Of a stretch of DNA of 64,000 bases, positions 10,644 through 20,061 are shown piece by piece. How positions within the stretch are numbered: the stretch's first letter is position 1; every line of letters begins with the position of its first letter. The notes under the pieces were generated by a model. That model saw only the letters and a list, made by a program, of their open reading frames with translations. It had not been told where the DNA came from and searched no databases. Made by a program: the position numbers and the translations under genes. The stretch is from an uncultured Holophagales bacterium (GTDB lineage Bacteria > Acidobacteriota > Thermoanaerobaculia > Multivoradales > UBA5704): positions 2,959,675 through 3,023,674 of the forward strand of contig CAVUHL010000003.1 of assembly GCA_963741305.1 (NCBI GenBank), given 5' to 3'.

Positions 10644-12154
10644 TATCGGGGGAGCTGAGCCAGCAGCTCAGGGTCCACGCGGCTCTTCACCGTGCGGCGG
10701 TCCAGCTCCAGACGGCGCGCAGCCTCCTCGTAGCTGCCCGCTTGGGCGTAGACGATCGTGCAGTAGCGCTTCAGGATCTCATCCGCGGTCAGCTCGCCGG
10801 ATAGGAGCTCCTCCGCCAGTCGCTCCCTCACGCCGGAGGCGCCTCCATCCCCCGCCGGGTGGTACTCGCCGCGGATCAGGACGTTGTTCACGCACTGCGC
10901 CAGCTCGCGCACGTTCCCCGGCCATGGGTAATCCAGGCCCATGTGGTCCCGGATCCAGGACTCCACCTCCCGCGCCACCTCGTCAGCCAGATCGTCTCCC
11001 ACAGCGCGCTCGACCAGGGCGAGCAGGAGGTCGGACAGCTCCCGTGGCGAGTCGGCGATCCGCTCCTTCAAGGACGGGGTGACCAGCAGATCCGAGCAGA
11101 GACGGTAATAGAGGTCGTCCCGGAAGCGGCCGGCGCGCATCTCGGCGGCAAGGTCTCGGTTCGTCGCGGCTACCACCTTGCCCTGGAATCTCCGGGTCTG
11201 GCTCTCCCCCAGGCGCTGGAAGGTGCGCGTCTCCAGCACCCGCAGCAGCTTCACCTGGATCGCGGGCTCGACCTCGCCGATCTCATCCAGAAAGACGGTA
11301 CCCAGCGGCGGGCAGACCTCCAGCCAGCCGGAATGGTCCGCCACCGCGCCCGTGAACGCTCCGCGCCGGTGGCCGAACAGCTCGGACTCGATCAGGGTCG
11401 GCGACAGCGCCGACAGGTTCAGGGGGAAGAACGACTCCGCCCAGCTCTCGCGGAAGGCCCCGGCGTCCGGGTCGAATGGAATGTAGCGTGACCAGGCGAT
11501 CGAGCGCGCCACCAGCTCCTTGCCCGTGCCTGACGGGCCGGTGACCAGGGTGGTCACGTCACCCAGGGTGCGGTAGAGGGAGCGCTGGTAGCGCCGCAGG
11601 TCATGCGTGAAGATCGACTGCCAGACCTGCGCCCGCAGACGCGCCGCCGGCAGCGAGCCCCCCACGATCGAGCGGAAGGTGAAGTGGAACGCCCGCCGGA
11701 TCTGGAAGAAGCAGGCGAAGAGGTGCGCCGCATCGAGCGGCTCGTCCGTGAACCAGGCGAGATCCTCGGCGAAGTCCCGGTAGAAATTGAACGCCGCACG
11801 CCTCTCCCCCGCCTTCGGGTCCAGGATGGCCGAGTGGAAGCGCTCCTGGTAACGGCCATAGAGCACGTAGGAGACCAGGTCGCGATAGAGCCCCATCTCT
11901 TCCCGCGCACTGCGTTTTCCAGCCAGGCGCTGGCGCAAGGAGGTGGCCAGCTCCTCGGCCTTGGGCGCGATCCGCAGCAGGTTCGGGTTGACCTCGTCCC
12001 CCCGCGAGTGCCAGACGATGTCGAACGGGGTGAACTCGTCGCCCAGAGCCTGGCGCTCCCAGGTCAGGCGCTCCGTACCAAAGGGATTGCCGTAGGCCAG
12101 CCGGGAGATCGCCTCGGCCAGGGCTCTTTCGCGATCGGACAGCAGCTTCGTCAT
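10643..12154 (-). CDS. Sigma54-interacting (bEBP) transcriptional regulator with unusual N-terminal domain
   Basis: GPSGTGKE, ESELFGH, GAFTGA, FLDEIGE, FRDDLYYRL, WPGNVREL, C-terminal HTH. Confidence 0.93.
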   Translation of the reverse strand: MTKLLSDRERALAEAISRLAYGNPFGTERLTWERQALGDEFTPFDIVWHSRGDEVNPNLLRIAPKAEELATSLRQRLAGKRSAREEMGLYRDLVSYVLYGRYQERFHSAILDPKAGERRAAFNFYRDFAEDLAWFTDEPLDAAHLFACFFQIRRAFHFTFRSIVGGSLPAARLRAQVWQSIFTHDLRRYQRSLYRTLGDVTTLVTGPSGTGKELVARSIAWSRYIPFDPDAGAFRESWAESFFPLNLSALSPTLIESELFGHRRGAFTGAVADHSGWLEVCPPLGTVFLDEIGEVEPAIQVKLLRVLETRTFQRLGESQTRRFQGKVVAATNRDLAAEMRAGRFRDDLYYRLCSDLLVTPSLKERIADSPRELSDLLLALVERAVGDDLADEVAREVESWIRDHMGLDYPWPGNVRELAQCVNNVLIRGEYHPAGDGGASGVRERLAEELLSGELTADEILKRYCTIVYAQAGSYEEAARRLELDRRTVKSRVDPELLAQLPR

Positions 12155-12213
12155 GGAGGGTCTCCGTGCATGGGATGCAGGGCGACTCTACAGCAGATGT
12201 CATGTGGAGGGGA

Positions 12214-12265
12214 AAGGACAAACGAACTCCGGGTCCTTTGAGTCCTTTACGTCCTTTTGGTCCTT
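12214..12265. repeat. 9-bp GTCCTT-unit repeat (same family as 5980-6091)
   Basis: AAGGACA at 12214, then nnnGTCCTT x4 at 12230, 12239, 12248, 12257. Confidence 0.75.
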
Positions 12266-12280
12266 GGCAGCAGTCCTGCA
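12265..12280 (+). promoter_or_regulatory. Putative sigma54 -24/-12 site upstream of the SDR gene
   Basis: TGGCAGC-AGTC-CTGCA with GG-N10-GC spacing; divergent from a bEBP gene. Confidence 0.4.
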
Positions 12281-12292
12281 ATCACCCAGGCC

Positions 12293-13294
12293 ATGAGATC
12301 GAAGAAGCGCAGAGTCGTCGTCGTCACCGGAGCCTCCGCGGGTGTTGGCCGGGCCACGGTCCGTGCCTTTGCCGAGCGGGGGGACTCCATCGGGCTCATC
12401 GCCCGCGGAATCGATGGATTGGAAGCCGCGCGCCACGAGGTCGAGGAGCTGGGAGGCAAGGCCCTCGTGCTGCCCCTCGACGTGGCCGACGCGGCCAAGG
12501 TCGAAGAGGCCGCGGCGCGCGTCGAGCGCGAGCTCGGCCCCATCGACGTCTGGGTCAACAACGCCATGGTGTCGGTCTTCTCCACCGTGGAGGAGACGGA
12601 GCCCGAGGAGTACAAGCGGGTCACGGAGGTCACCTACCTCGGCTACGTCTATGGCACCCTGGCGGCCCTGAAGCGCATGCTGCCCCGCGACGAGGGCGTG
12701 ATCATCCAGGTGGGCTCGACGCTCGCCTACCGCGGCATTCCGCTTCAGTCCGCCTACTGCGGCGCCAAGCATGCGATCCAGGGCTTCTGCGATTCCCTGC
12801 GCTCCGAGCTCCTCCATGACAAGAGCGGCGTGCAGGTGACGATGGTTCAGATGCCGGCGCTCAACACGCCCCAATTCAGCTGGGTGAAGAGCCGCCTCCC
12901 CCGCAAGCCGCAGCCGGTGCCGCCCATCTACCAGCCCGAGGTCGCGGCCCGCGCCATCGTCTGGGCCTCCGACCACCCGCGGCGGGAGGTCTGGGTGGGC
13001 AGGCCCACGGTCGTCGGCATCCTCGGCGACAAGATCGCGCCCGGATTCGCGGACCGCTACCTGGCCCGGAACGGCTACGAAGCCCAGCAGTACAACGGCC
13101 TGGACGACCGGCACCGCGCCAACAACCTCTGGGAGCCGGTGCCGGGCGACCACGGCGCGCACGGCGATTTCGACGAGCGCGCCACAGACAACAGCCCGCA
13201 GCTCTGGGTGACCAAGCACAAGCGCGGCCTCCTCGCCCTGGCCGCCGTGGGCGGGGCGGGCTTGGCCTGGGCTCTGCGCCCCTCTACCAGATGA
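12293..13294 (+). CDS. SDR family oxidoreductase
   Basis: TGASAGVG, VNNA, YCGAK; C-terminal TM segment. Confidence 0.93.
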   Translation: MRSKKRRVVVVTGASAGVGRATVRAFAERGDSIGLIARGIDGLEAARHEVEELGGKALVLPLDVADAAKVEEAAARVERELGPIDVWVNNAMVSVFSTVEETEPEEYKRVTEVTYLGYVYGTLAALKRMLPRDEGVIIQVGSTLAYRGIPLQSAYCGAKHAIQGFCDSLRSELLHDKSGVQVTMVQMPALNTPQFSWVKSRLPRKPQPVPPIYQPEVAARAIVWASDHPRREVWVGRPTVVGILGDKIAPGFADRYLARNGYEAQQYNGLDDRHRANNLWEPVPGDHGAHGDFDERATDNSPQLWVTKHKRGLLALAAVGGAGLAWALRPSTR

Positions 13295-13988
13295 TCTTCG
13301 TCGAGTGCCCGATCCCGAGCAGGGCCACGGCTACGCAGGTCCCTGCCAGGGCGACGGCGCTCCAGCGCGGCCGGTACCCGAGGAGCGCTCCCAGGCCGAA
13401 CAGGCTGGCGTAGAGGTTGGGCAGGAACATGAGGGGCGACGCCCCTACGGTCGCCAGCCAGGCCTCGTTGAACGGGTTCGGGCAGTTGTCGTTCGGCACC
13501 AGGAGCACGAATCCCAGCGCCATCAAACCCATTAGAGCCTCCTGCCTACGGCCGGAGCGGTAGAGCACGGCCAACGCCGTCGCAGCCAGGAATCCAAACC
13601 CGGTCAGGGCGAGATTGAAGCCGAGCATAAGCCCGACCTCGCGAAAGGCTTCAGGAGCCGAGAGCCGGAACGGATTGAGCTGGTGCACGGTCGAGGTGCA
13701 GACGAAGGAGAGCGGCAGCAGGATCCAGACAAGCGTGGCGAGGCGCCCATCCGCCAGCCGGGCCGATCGCCGGGCGCGCCAGATCCCCAGAGTCACGAGG
13801 CCGGCGGCCAGGGCGAGAACGACCGTACCGGCGATAAAGGCCGGTACAAACCAGAAGGGAAAGCTCCGCGCCCGAGGGAGAAGGTCCCAGGCCGTCTTCG
13901 CCGTGAGCGTGGCGGCTGTGGCGAAGAGGACCGCGGCGAGGGCCGCGGTCCGTGGCATGAGGCCCCGCTCCCCGGACGGAGCGCTCAC
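13284..13988 (-). CDS. Multi-pass membrane protein, unknown function (start may be 13959)
   Basis: About 7 hydrophobic segments; directly follows the Cys-rich lipoprotein gene. Confidence 0.7.
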   Translation of the reverse strand: MSAPSGERGLMPRTAALAAVLFATAATLTAKTAWDLLPRARSFPFWFVPAFIAGTVVLALAAGLVTLGIWRARRSARLADGRLATLVWILLPLSFVCTSTVHQLNPFRLSAPEAFREVGLMLGFNLALTGFGFLAATALAVLYRSGRRQEALMGLMALGFVLLVPNDNCPNPFNEAWLATVGASPLMFLPNLYASLFGLGALLGYRPRWSAVALAGTCVAVALLGIGHSTKIIW

Positions 13989-13989
13989 C

Positions 13990-14421
13990 TCAGTCGGGCA
14001 CGCAGCGGCAGCAGTTCGGCGGCGTGAGGGCCGGGTGCTGCCCCTCGGGGCAGGCTGCGCAACGGACGTTGGAACAGTCCTTGATATTCTGGTCGACGGG
14101 CACGCACGCGCAGCAGTCCGGGGGATGCAGGGCCGGGGTTTGGCCCTCCGGGCATGAGGCGCAACGGACGTTCGAGCAGGGGCCTCCAGGGCCGCCCTGC
14201 GCCGCTGCAGCCGTACCCACGGCGGCGGCCGAGCCAGCCGCGGCCGTGCCGGTGCCCATGATGCCCGTGCCGCTCTCGCCCGCGTTCGTCTCGGTGGTAG
14301 CCGTCCCCGCGGTGACAGCCGCGCCGGCCGCGGTCGAAGTGTCGCCCGGCTGCGTGCCCGCGCACGCGCCGAGGGCCAGGACGACCGTCAGTACCATCAT
14401 CAGCAACAACAGTTTCTTCAT
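13990..14421 (-). CDS. Lipoprotein with two tandem Cys-rich repeats
   Basis: MKK-hydrophobic-LGAC lipobox; GAGGAG RBS; CSNVRCA.CPEGQ.PAL.PP.CC.CVP x2. Confidence 0.8.
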   Translation of the reverse strand: MKKLLLLMMVLTVVLALGACAGTQPGDTSTAAGAAVTAGTATTETNAGESGTGIMGTGTAAAGSAAAVGTAAAAQGGPGGPCSNVRCASCPEGQTPALHPPDCCACVPVDQNIKDCSNVRCAACPEGQHPALTPPNCCRCVPD

Positions 14422-14466
14422 GGAAGCACTCCTCTCTCCGGTGATGCCACGCCCAAGAGGAGAGAT

Positions 14467-14484
14467 AAGCAAGGCTCGCGCCTG
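14467..14484 (-). promoter_or_regulatory. Putative sigma54 -24/-12 promoter for the lipoprotein gene
   Basis: Minus strand reads CAGGCGCG-AGCC-TTGCTT (GG-N10-GC), about 45 bp upstream of the ATG. Confidence 0.5.
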
Positions 14485-14486
14485 TT

Positions 14487-16058
14487 CTATCGCCGGGTGG
14501 CCTGGAGGATGGCTTCCTGGAGCGTCTGGAGGGTGACGGGCTTGGTCAGGTGGTGTGTGAAGCCGGCCTCGCGGCTGCGCTGGATGTCCTCGTCCATGCC
14601 GTACCCGCTCAGGGCGATACCGCGCAGACCGTGGGCCGCCAGCTCGCGCATCAGGTCCAGGCCGGTTCCATCGGGCAGGCCGAGGTCGCTGATCACCAGG
14701 TCGAGCTCCAGCTCGCGGCCCTGCGCGGCCTCGCGGGCCCCGGCCACGCTTCCTGCGACCGTCACCTCGTGCCCCAAGGTCCCCAGCAAGTCGGCCATGG
14801 CCTCGGCGGTGTCGACGTGGTCCTCGACAAGGAGGAGGCGCAGCCCCCGGTCGAGGCGCGCCTCCGGCTCGCGGGGGAAGGTCACGATGGTCTCGTCGAG
14901 GTCCCTCTCCGGCACCCCGGCGGGCAGCCGGACAGTGAACATGGCGCCGCAGCCGGTGCCTTCGCTCGCCGCCGTGAGATCGCCGCCGTGCAGGCGCATC
15001 AGCGCCCGGCTGACCGCGAGCCCCAGGCCGAGGCCGCCGAAACGGCGGGTGATGCGGGGGTCGGCCTGCTCGAAGGCCCCAAAGATGCGCGGCAGCACCT
15101 CGGGATCGATGCCGATGCCCGTGTCGCAGACCTCGACCATGACCTTGCTGCCTTCCAGGCGCGAGCGGACCGTGATCGTGCCCCCCTCGGACGTGAACTT
15201 GAGCGCGTTGCTGAGCAGGTTCCAGAAGACCTGGGTGAGGCGGGCGGGGTCGGCCCAGGCGAGCAGCCTCCCTTCGGCAAGATCGACGGCGAGGCGGACG
15301 CCCTTTGAGGCCATCTCGCCGCGCACGCTGCGCAGGGCATGGGCCAGCACCTCGGCCACGTCGGCGGCCTGGCGGTGGAGCACGAGCTTGCCCACGGACA
15401 CCCGCGTCAGGTCGAGGAGGTCGTCGATGAGGCGCGCCTCCAGCTCGACGTTGCGCCGGATCACGGAGAGCTGGGAGCGCAGGTCCGGAGGGAAGCGGCC
15501 GTCCTCCTGGAAGCTCGAAACCAGCGCCAGGATCGGCGTCAGAGGGGTGCGCAGCTCGTGGCTCAAGGTCGCGAGGAAGCGGTCCTTGGCCTCGTTGGCG
15601 GACCTGAGCTTCTCCTCGGTGTCCCGCAACGCCTCTTCGGCCCGCCGGCTGCGTTCCAGTGCCTCGGCGGCCATGTGGGCCTCGGCGAGGAGCTCGCGCT
15701 CGCGCTCGGCGGCCCGGCGCCTTTCCTGTCCCTGCTCCAGCCGGACGCGGACACGGCAGCAGAGCTCGTGGGGATCGAAGGAATCGGAGAGGAAGTCGTC
15801 GGCCCCGGCTTCCAGAGCTTTGACGCAGGCGTCGCGGTCCTCGGCGCGGCCCAGGAGGACCACGGGCAGCTCGTCCTTCTCGCGCAGCCGGTCGAGCGCC
15901 TGGTGCAGGTCCGCGACGATTACGTCCGGATGACGCTCCCCAATCGCGTCCCAACCCTCGGCCTCCTCGACACGGAAGCCGTTCAGCGCCGAGCGCACCC
16001 GCTCCCGGCGGGACACATCGGGATCGACGATCAGGACGAGGGGGTGCTCAGACGGCAC
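14487..16058 (-). CDS. Hybrid histidine kinase (REC-HisKA-HATPase-REC)
   Basis: SHELRTPL, NLLSNALKF, DTGIGI, GLGLGL, C-terminal SDLGLPD. Confidence 0.93.
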   Translation of the reverse strand: MPSEHPLVLIVDPDVSRRERVRSALNGFRVEEAEGWDAIGERHPDVIVADLHQALDRLREKDELPVVLLGRAEDRDACVKALEAGADDFLSDSFDPHELCCRVRVRLEQGQERRRAAERERELLAEAHMAAEALERSRRAEEALRDTEEKLRSANEAKDRFLATLSHELRTPLTPILALVSSFQEDGRFPPDLRSQLSVIRRNVELEARLIDDLLDLTRVSVGKLVLHRQAADVAEVLAHALRSVRGEMASKGVRLAVDLAEGRLLAWADPARLTQVFWNLLSNALKFTSEGGTITVRSRLEGSKVMVEVCDTGIGIDPEVLPRIFGAFEQADPRITRRFGGLGLGLAVSRALMRLHGGDLTAASEGTGCGAMFTVRLPAGVPERDLDETIVTFPREPEARLDRGLRLLLVEDHVDTAEAMADLLGTLGHEVTVAGSVAGAREAAQGRELELDLVISDLGLPDGTGLDLMRELAAHGLRGIALSGYGMDEDIQRSREAGFTHHLTKPVTLQTLQEAILQATRR

Positions 16059-16061
16059 TCC

Positions 16062-17735
16062 CTACTCCCCCTCCGAGGCCAGAATGGCAGTCCTGAGCGC
16101 CTGCATGTCGACCGGCTTGGTCAGGTGTTTCGCAAAGCCCGCTTCGTGGCTGCGCAGCACGTCTTCCTCCATCCCATAACCGCTGAGCGCGATCCCCTTC
16201 AGGCCGTAACGGCTGGAAAGCTCACGCATCAGGTCCAGGCCGGTGCCGTCGGGGAGCCCAAGGTCGCTGACGACCAGATCGAAGCGCCCGCCCTGTGCCT
16301 CGGCGGCGCTCAGAGCGGATGCGACCGACCCCGCCACGGTGACCTCGTGCCCCAAGGCACGCAAGAGGTCTGCCATGGCTTCGGCCGTGTCGGCGTGGTC
16401 CTCGACCAGCAGCAATCTTAACGAAGAAGCGGCCTTCGCTTCAGCCGGCCGCTCCAGGGCCGGCTCGGGAGCAGAGGCGGGAACGTCGCCGGCCGGCAGC
16501 CGCAGGGTGAACTCGGAGCCCTGGTCCGTGCCGGCGCTCGCCGCACTCAGAGTGCCGCCATGCATTGCGACGATGGCCCGGCTCAGGGAGAGCCCCAGCC
16601 CGAGGCCGCCGAAACGCCGCGTGATCCGCCGGTCGGTCTGCTCGAAGGCGTTGAAGATGCGCGGCAGCAGCTCGGGATCGATGCCGATGCCGTTGTCGGC
16701 GACCTCGACCCCCAGGATGCCGCCATCGTCCTCTTCCCAGGAGCGCACACGGATCTCCCCGGTCTCCCCGCCTGGCGGGGTGAACTTGACGGCGTTGTTG
16801 AGCAGGTTCCAGAGCACCTGCGTCAGGCGCGGAGCGTCGGCCCACACCCGGTGCTCGCGGGCGCCGAGGTCCAGGGCGAGCCGGATCCGGCCGGAGGCGA
16901 GCTCGGCACCGCAGCAGACCTCGATGGCATGGGCGAGGAGCTGGCGGACGTCCACGACCTCGCGGCGGAGCTCGAGCTTGCCGCGCGAGATGCGCGTCAG
17001 GTCGAGCAGGTCGTCGATGAGCCGCGCCTCCAGCTCGACGTTGCGGCGGATGACGGCCAGGGCCTGCCGCACCCGGTCCGGGAGGCCCTCGTCCTCTTGC
17101 AGGCTGGAGACGAGGGCGAGCACCGGGGTGAGCGGCGTGCGCAGCTCGTGGGAAAGGGTGGCCAGGAAATGGTCCTTGGCGCGGTTGGCGGCTTCGGCTG
17201 TCTCCTTGGCCTGCCTCAGCTCCTGCTCGACGCGCCTGCGCTCCGCGGCGCTCTCGACCGCCTCGAGGGCGAAGGCGGCGAGGTCGGCGACCGAGGCGGC
17301 GAAGCCCTGCTCCTGCGGGCTCCACTCGCGCGCCCCGCCTATGTGCTCGTGGCAGACCACGCCGGCCATGCGGCCGCGGACGCGGATGGGCGCGTCGAGC
17401 ATGGCGCCGATGCCGAGAGGGGTGAGGTAGGAGGCGGAGAACTCACGCGTCGTGGGATCGCGGTGGGCATCGTGGGCCACGATCGCCCGCTCTTCTTCCA
17501 AGCCCCGGAAGTAGGCGGGGAAGTCGGCGGCGGCGAGGACCGCACCGTGGGAGTGCCGGTGGGGCTCCTTCTCATAGAGCTCCACGCAGTCGATGCGGGT
17601 GCGGGCCTCGTCGAAGAGCCAGATGCTGGCGCGTTCGACTTGCAGGGTCTCGGCCGCGGCCTCGGCGAGCTCGCGCAGGGCCGCTTCCAGATCGCCCGAG
17701 GCCGCGGCTTCGCTCTTCGCCAGGCGCACCAGCAC
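16062..17735 (-). CDS. Hybrid histidine kinase (GAF-HisKA-HATPase-REC); start uncertain
   Basis: N-terminal GAF (YLTPLGIGAMLDAPI..G...GVVCHEH); H, N and G boxes; REC. Confidence 0.92.
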   Translation of the reverse strand: MLVRLAKSEAAASGDLEAALRELAEAAAETLQVERASIWLFDEARTRIDCVELYEKEPHRHSHGAVLAAADFPAYFRGLEEERAIVAHDAHRDPTTREFSASYLTPLGIGAMLDAPIRVRGRMAGVVCHEHIGGAREWSPQEQGFAASVADLAAFALEAVESAAERRRVEQELRQAKETAEAANRAKDHFLATLSHELRTPLTPVLALVSSLQEDEGLPDRVRQALAVIRRNVELEARLIDDLLDLTRISRGKLELRREVVDVRQLLAHAIEVCCGAELASGRIRLALDLGAREHRVWADAPRLTQVLWNLLNNAVKFTPPGGETGEIRVRSWEEDDGGILGVEVADNGIGIDPELLPRIFNAFEQTDRRITRRFGGLGLGLSLSRAIVAMHGGTLSAASAGTDQGSEFTLRLPAGDVPASAPEPALERPAEAKAASSLRLLLVEDHADTAEAMADLLRALGHEVTVAGSVASALSAAEAQGGRFDLVVSDLGLPDGTGLDLMRELSSRYGLKGIALSGYGMEEDVLRSHEAGFAKHLTKPVDMQALRTAILASEGE

Positions 17736-17773
17736 CCGGTTCTGCTCGCGCAGCAGGTCTGGCGGTGACAGGC

Positions 17774-19435
17774 TCAGCTCCCCGCGGACCCGTTCCCGGC
17801 GGCCACCTGCTGGATGGCCGTCTCCAGAGCTTCGAGGTTGACCGGCTTGGTCAGATGGCGCTCGAAGCCGGCCTCGCGGCTCCGTCGGACGTCATCCTCC
17901 ATGCCGTAGCCGGAGAGGGCGATACCGCGCAGCCCGAACTTTTCGGCGAGCTGCCGCATGAGGTCCTGGCCGTTGCCATCGGGCAGGCCGAGGTCGCTGA
18001 TCACCAGGTCGATCCTGCTCTCCTCGGCCGCCGCCGACAAGGCCTGCGCGACCGAGCCCGCGATCCGGACGTCATGGCCGTGCATCCGCATCAGCTCGGC
18101 CAGGGCGGCCGCCGTGTCGGAGTGGTCCTCCACCAGGAGGACGCGCAGGCGGGCGCCCGGCGTCTCCGCAACCTGGTTCGCCGGCACCGCCTCGGATTCG
18201 AACGGCAGCGGCTCGGCCGGCAGCCGGACGGAGAAGGTCGTGCCCCGGTCCCGGCCATCGCTGCGCACGCTGACGAGGCCGCCGTGCAGCTCGACGATCG
18301 CCTTGGTGATCGCGAGGCCCAGTCCGAGGCCGCCGTAGCGGCGCGTCACATCCGGCTCGCCCTGCTCGAAGGCGTCGAAGATGCGCGGCAGCACCTCCGG
18401 ATCGATCCCCATGCCGGTGTCGGTGATCTCGACCGCGATCCGGTGCGGCGAATCATCCCGGGTGCGCACCGTGATGGTGCCGCCCTCGGGGGTGAACTTG
18501 ACGGCATTGTTGAGCAGGTTCCAGAAGACCTGGGTCAGGCGCGGCGAGTCGCCCCACAGGTAATGCACCTGCGCCGCGAGGTCGACCTCGACCTGGCGGC
18601 GGCCCGTGGCCAGCTCGCCGGCGCAGGAGGTCTGGATGGCATGCTCGATCACCTCGTGCAGGTCGACGTCCCGACGGTCGAGCTGGATCTTGCCGCTGGA
18701 GACCCGTGTCAGGTCGAGCAGGTCGTCGATGAGGCGCGCCTCCAGCTCGACGTTGCGCCGCACCATGGCGATCTCGCGGCGGAAGTGGGCGGGCAGCCGG
18801 TCGTCCCCCTGCAGGGAGGAGATCACGGCGAGCACGGGCGTGAGCGGGGTGCGCAGCTCGTGGGAGAGGGTGGCGAGGAAGTGGTCCTTGGCCTGGTTCG
18901 TGGCCTCGGCCGTCACCCATGCCCTCTCCAGGCGCTCGCTGCGCTTCTGCTCGGTGAGGTCGGTGACCACCATGCACAGCACCGGTTCCCCCGGCTCCTC
19001 CAGGGGCAGCTCGCTGAAGGCGATGTAGACCGGCAGCGGATCGCCCGCGGCTGGCTTGAGCAGGATCTCGCCCTGCCCGTCCTCTTCCTGGCGCAGGAGG
19101 GCCGCGAAGAGGCCGCGGCTGGAGGGCTCGACGAGGCGCTGCACCTCGGAGCCGATGATCTGCTGGAGCGGCATCCCGAGCATGCCGGAGAAGCTGGCGT
19201 TGCAGTACAGCACCATGCCATCGGCGGTGAGGGTCACGGCGCCCTGCCGCATGCACTCGATCATCAGGCGGTACGGGCGGTCCGCGCTCTTGAGGGTATA
19301 GACCTTGTCTATGGACCGCTCGGTGACGACCAGCGCGTCGACCTCGCCGTTGCGGATGGCGCGCAGCGTCTCCTCCGCCTCCTCCAACTGCACGCGCAGC
19401 TCTTCGATTTCTGAATCCTTCCGTTCCGAAATCAT
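17774..19435 (-). CDS. Kai-associated PAS hybrid histidine kinase
   Basis: EEAEETLRAIRNGEVDALVV N-terminus, PAS, SHELRTPL, REC; overlaps the kaiB stop. Confidence 0.92.
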   Translation of the reverse strand: MISERKDSEIEELRVQLEEAEETLRAIRNGEVDALVVTERSIDKVYTLKSADRPYRLMIECMRQGAVTLTADGMVLYCNASFSGMLGMPLQQIIGSEVQRLVEPSSRGLFAALLRQEEDGQGEILLKPAAGDPLPVYIAFSELPLEEPGEPVLCMVVTDLTEQKRSERLERAWVTAEATNQAKDHFLATLSHELRTPLTPVLAVISSLQGDDRLPAHFRREIAMVRRNVELEARLIDDLLDLTRVSSGKIQLDRRDVDLHEVIEHAIQTSCAGELATGRRQVEVDLAAQVHYLWGDSPRLTQVFWNLLNNAVKFTPEGGTITVRTRDDSPHRIAVEITDTGMGIDPEVLPRIFDAFEQGEPDVTRRYGGLGLGLAITKAIVELHGGLVSVRSDGRDRGTTFSVRLPAEPLPFESEAVPANQVAETPGARLRVLLVEDHSDTAAALAELMRMHGHDVRIAGSVAQALSAAAEESRIDLVISDLGLPDGNGQDLMRQLAEKFGLRGIALSGYGMEDDVRRSREAGFERHLTKPVNLEALETAIQQVAAGNGSAGS

Positions 19436-19740
19436 ACGGAGATCCCTAAACTTGCCTGCAGGCGATGAGGGTCGGAAAGGTTGCCGACAATCCGGCGCAG
19501 AGGGAGCGGCGACGTCCTGACGAGCGTCGGCGTCGCGAAGATCCTTTCCTCGTCGGCCAGAGCGGGCTGCTGGTACACGTCCACGACCTCGAGAAGGTAC
19601 TTGCCCTTCAGAAACTGCTCGCAGAACGCCTTGATCAAGGCGATGGCGCGGCTGGAGCCAGGGCTGGCACCGGTCACAAAGAGCCGGAACGAGTACCGGA
19701 CCCCTCCGTCATCCAAGTGCGCTTGAGCCGTGCCAGACAT
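19432..19740 (-). CDS. kaiB: KaiB-like protein
   Basis: RLFVTG.S..S.RAI, LEVVDVYQQP, IFATPTLVR..PLP.RRIVGNLS. Confidence 0.9.
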   Translation of the reverse strand: MSGTAQAHLDDGGVRYSFRLFVTGASPGSSRAIALIKAFCEQFLKGKYLLEVVDVYQQPALADEERIFATPTLVRTSPLPLRRIVGNLSDPHRLQASLGISV

Positions 19741-19746
19741 CGGCGA

Positions 19747-20061
19747 TCAGCTCCGGGCGTTGATTTCCAAACCCACCAGCACCCGCTCCGAGTTTGAAAG
19801 GTCGCCGATGATCTTGCGGATCGGCTCCGGCAGCCGGCGGACCAGTGTCGGGATGGCCAGGATCTGATCGCTGCGCGCCAGCTTCGGATTCTCGACCAGG
19901 TCCACGACCTCGATCTTGTACTTGCCCGCCAGGTGTTCCTCGCAGAACCGTTTCAGGTTCGCGAGGGCCGCTACCGATTTGGGGGTCTGGCCGGCCACGT
20001 AGAGGCGCAGGTCGTAGAAGTTCGGGTCCGGTGCTTCCTGCGCCATCGCATCCGTGCTCAT
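19747..20061 (-). CDS. kaiB: Circadian clock protein KaiB homologue
   Basis: [37 protein letters not shown]. Confidence 0.95.
   Translation of the reverse strand: MSTDAMAQEAPDPNFYDLRLYVAGQTPKSVAALANLKRFCEEHLAGKYKIEVVDLVENPKLARSDQILAIPTLVRRLPEPIRKIIGDLSNSERVLVGLEINARS

Noticed and set aside
10323-10658. Ser-rich heptad ORF (SSVQ...)
   Set aside because: The conserved element is the DNA palindrome TGTACA, there is no RBS, and codon usage is atypical. Not fully excluded.
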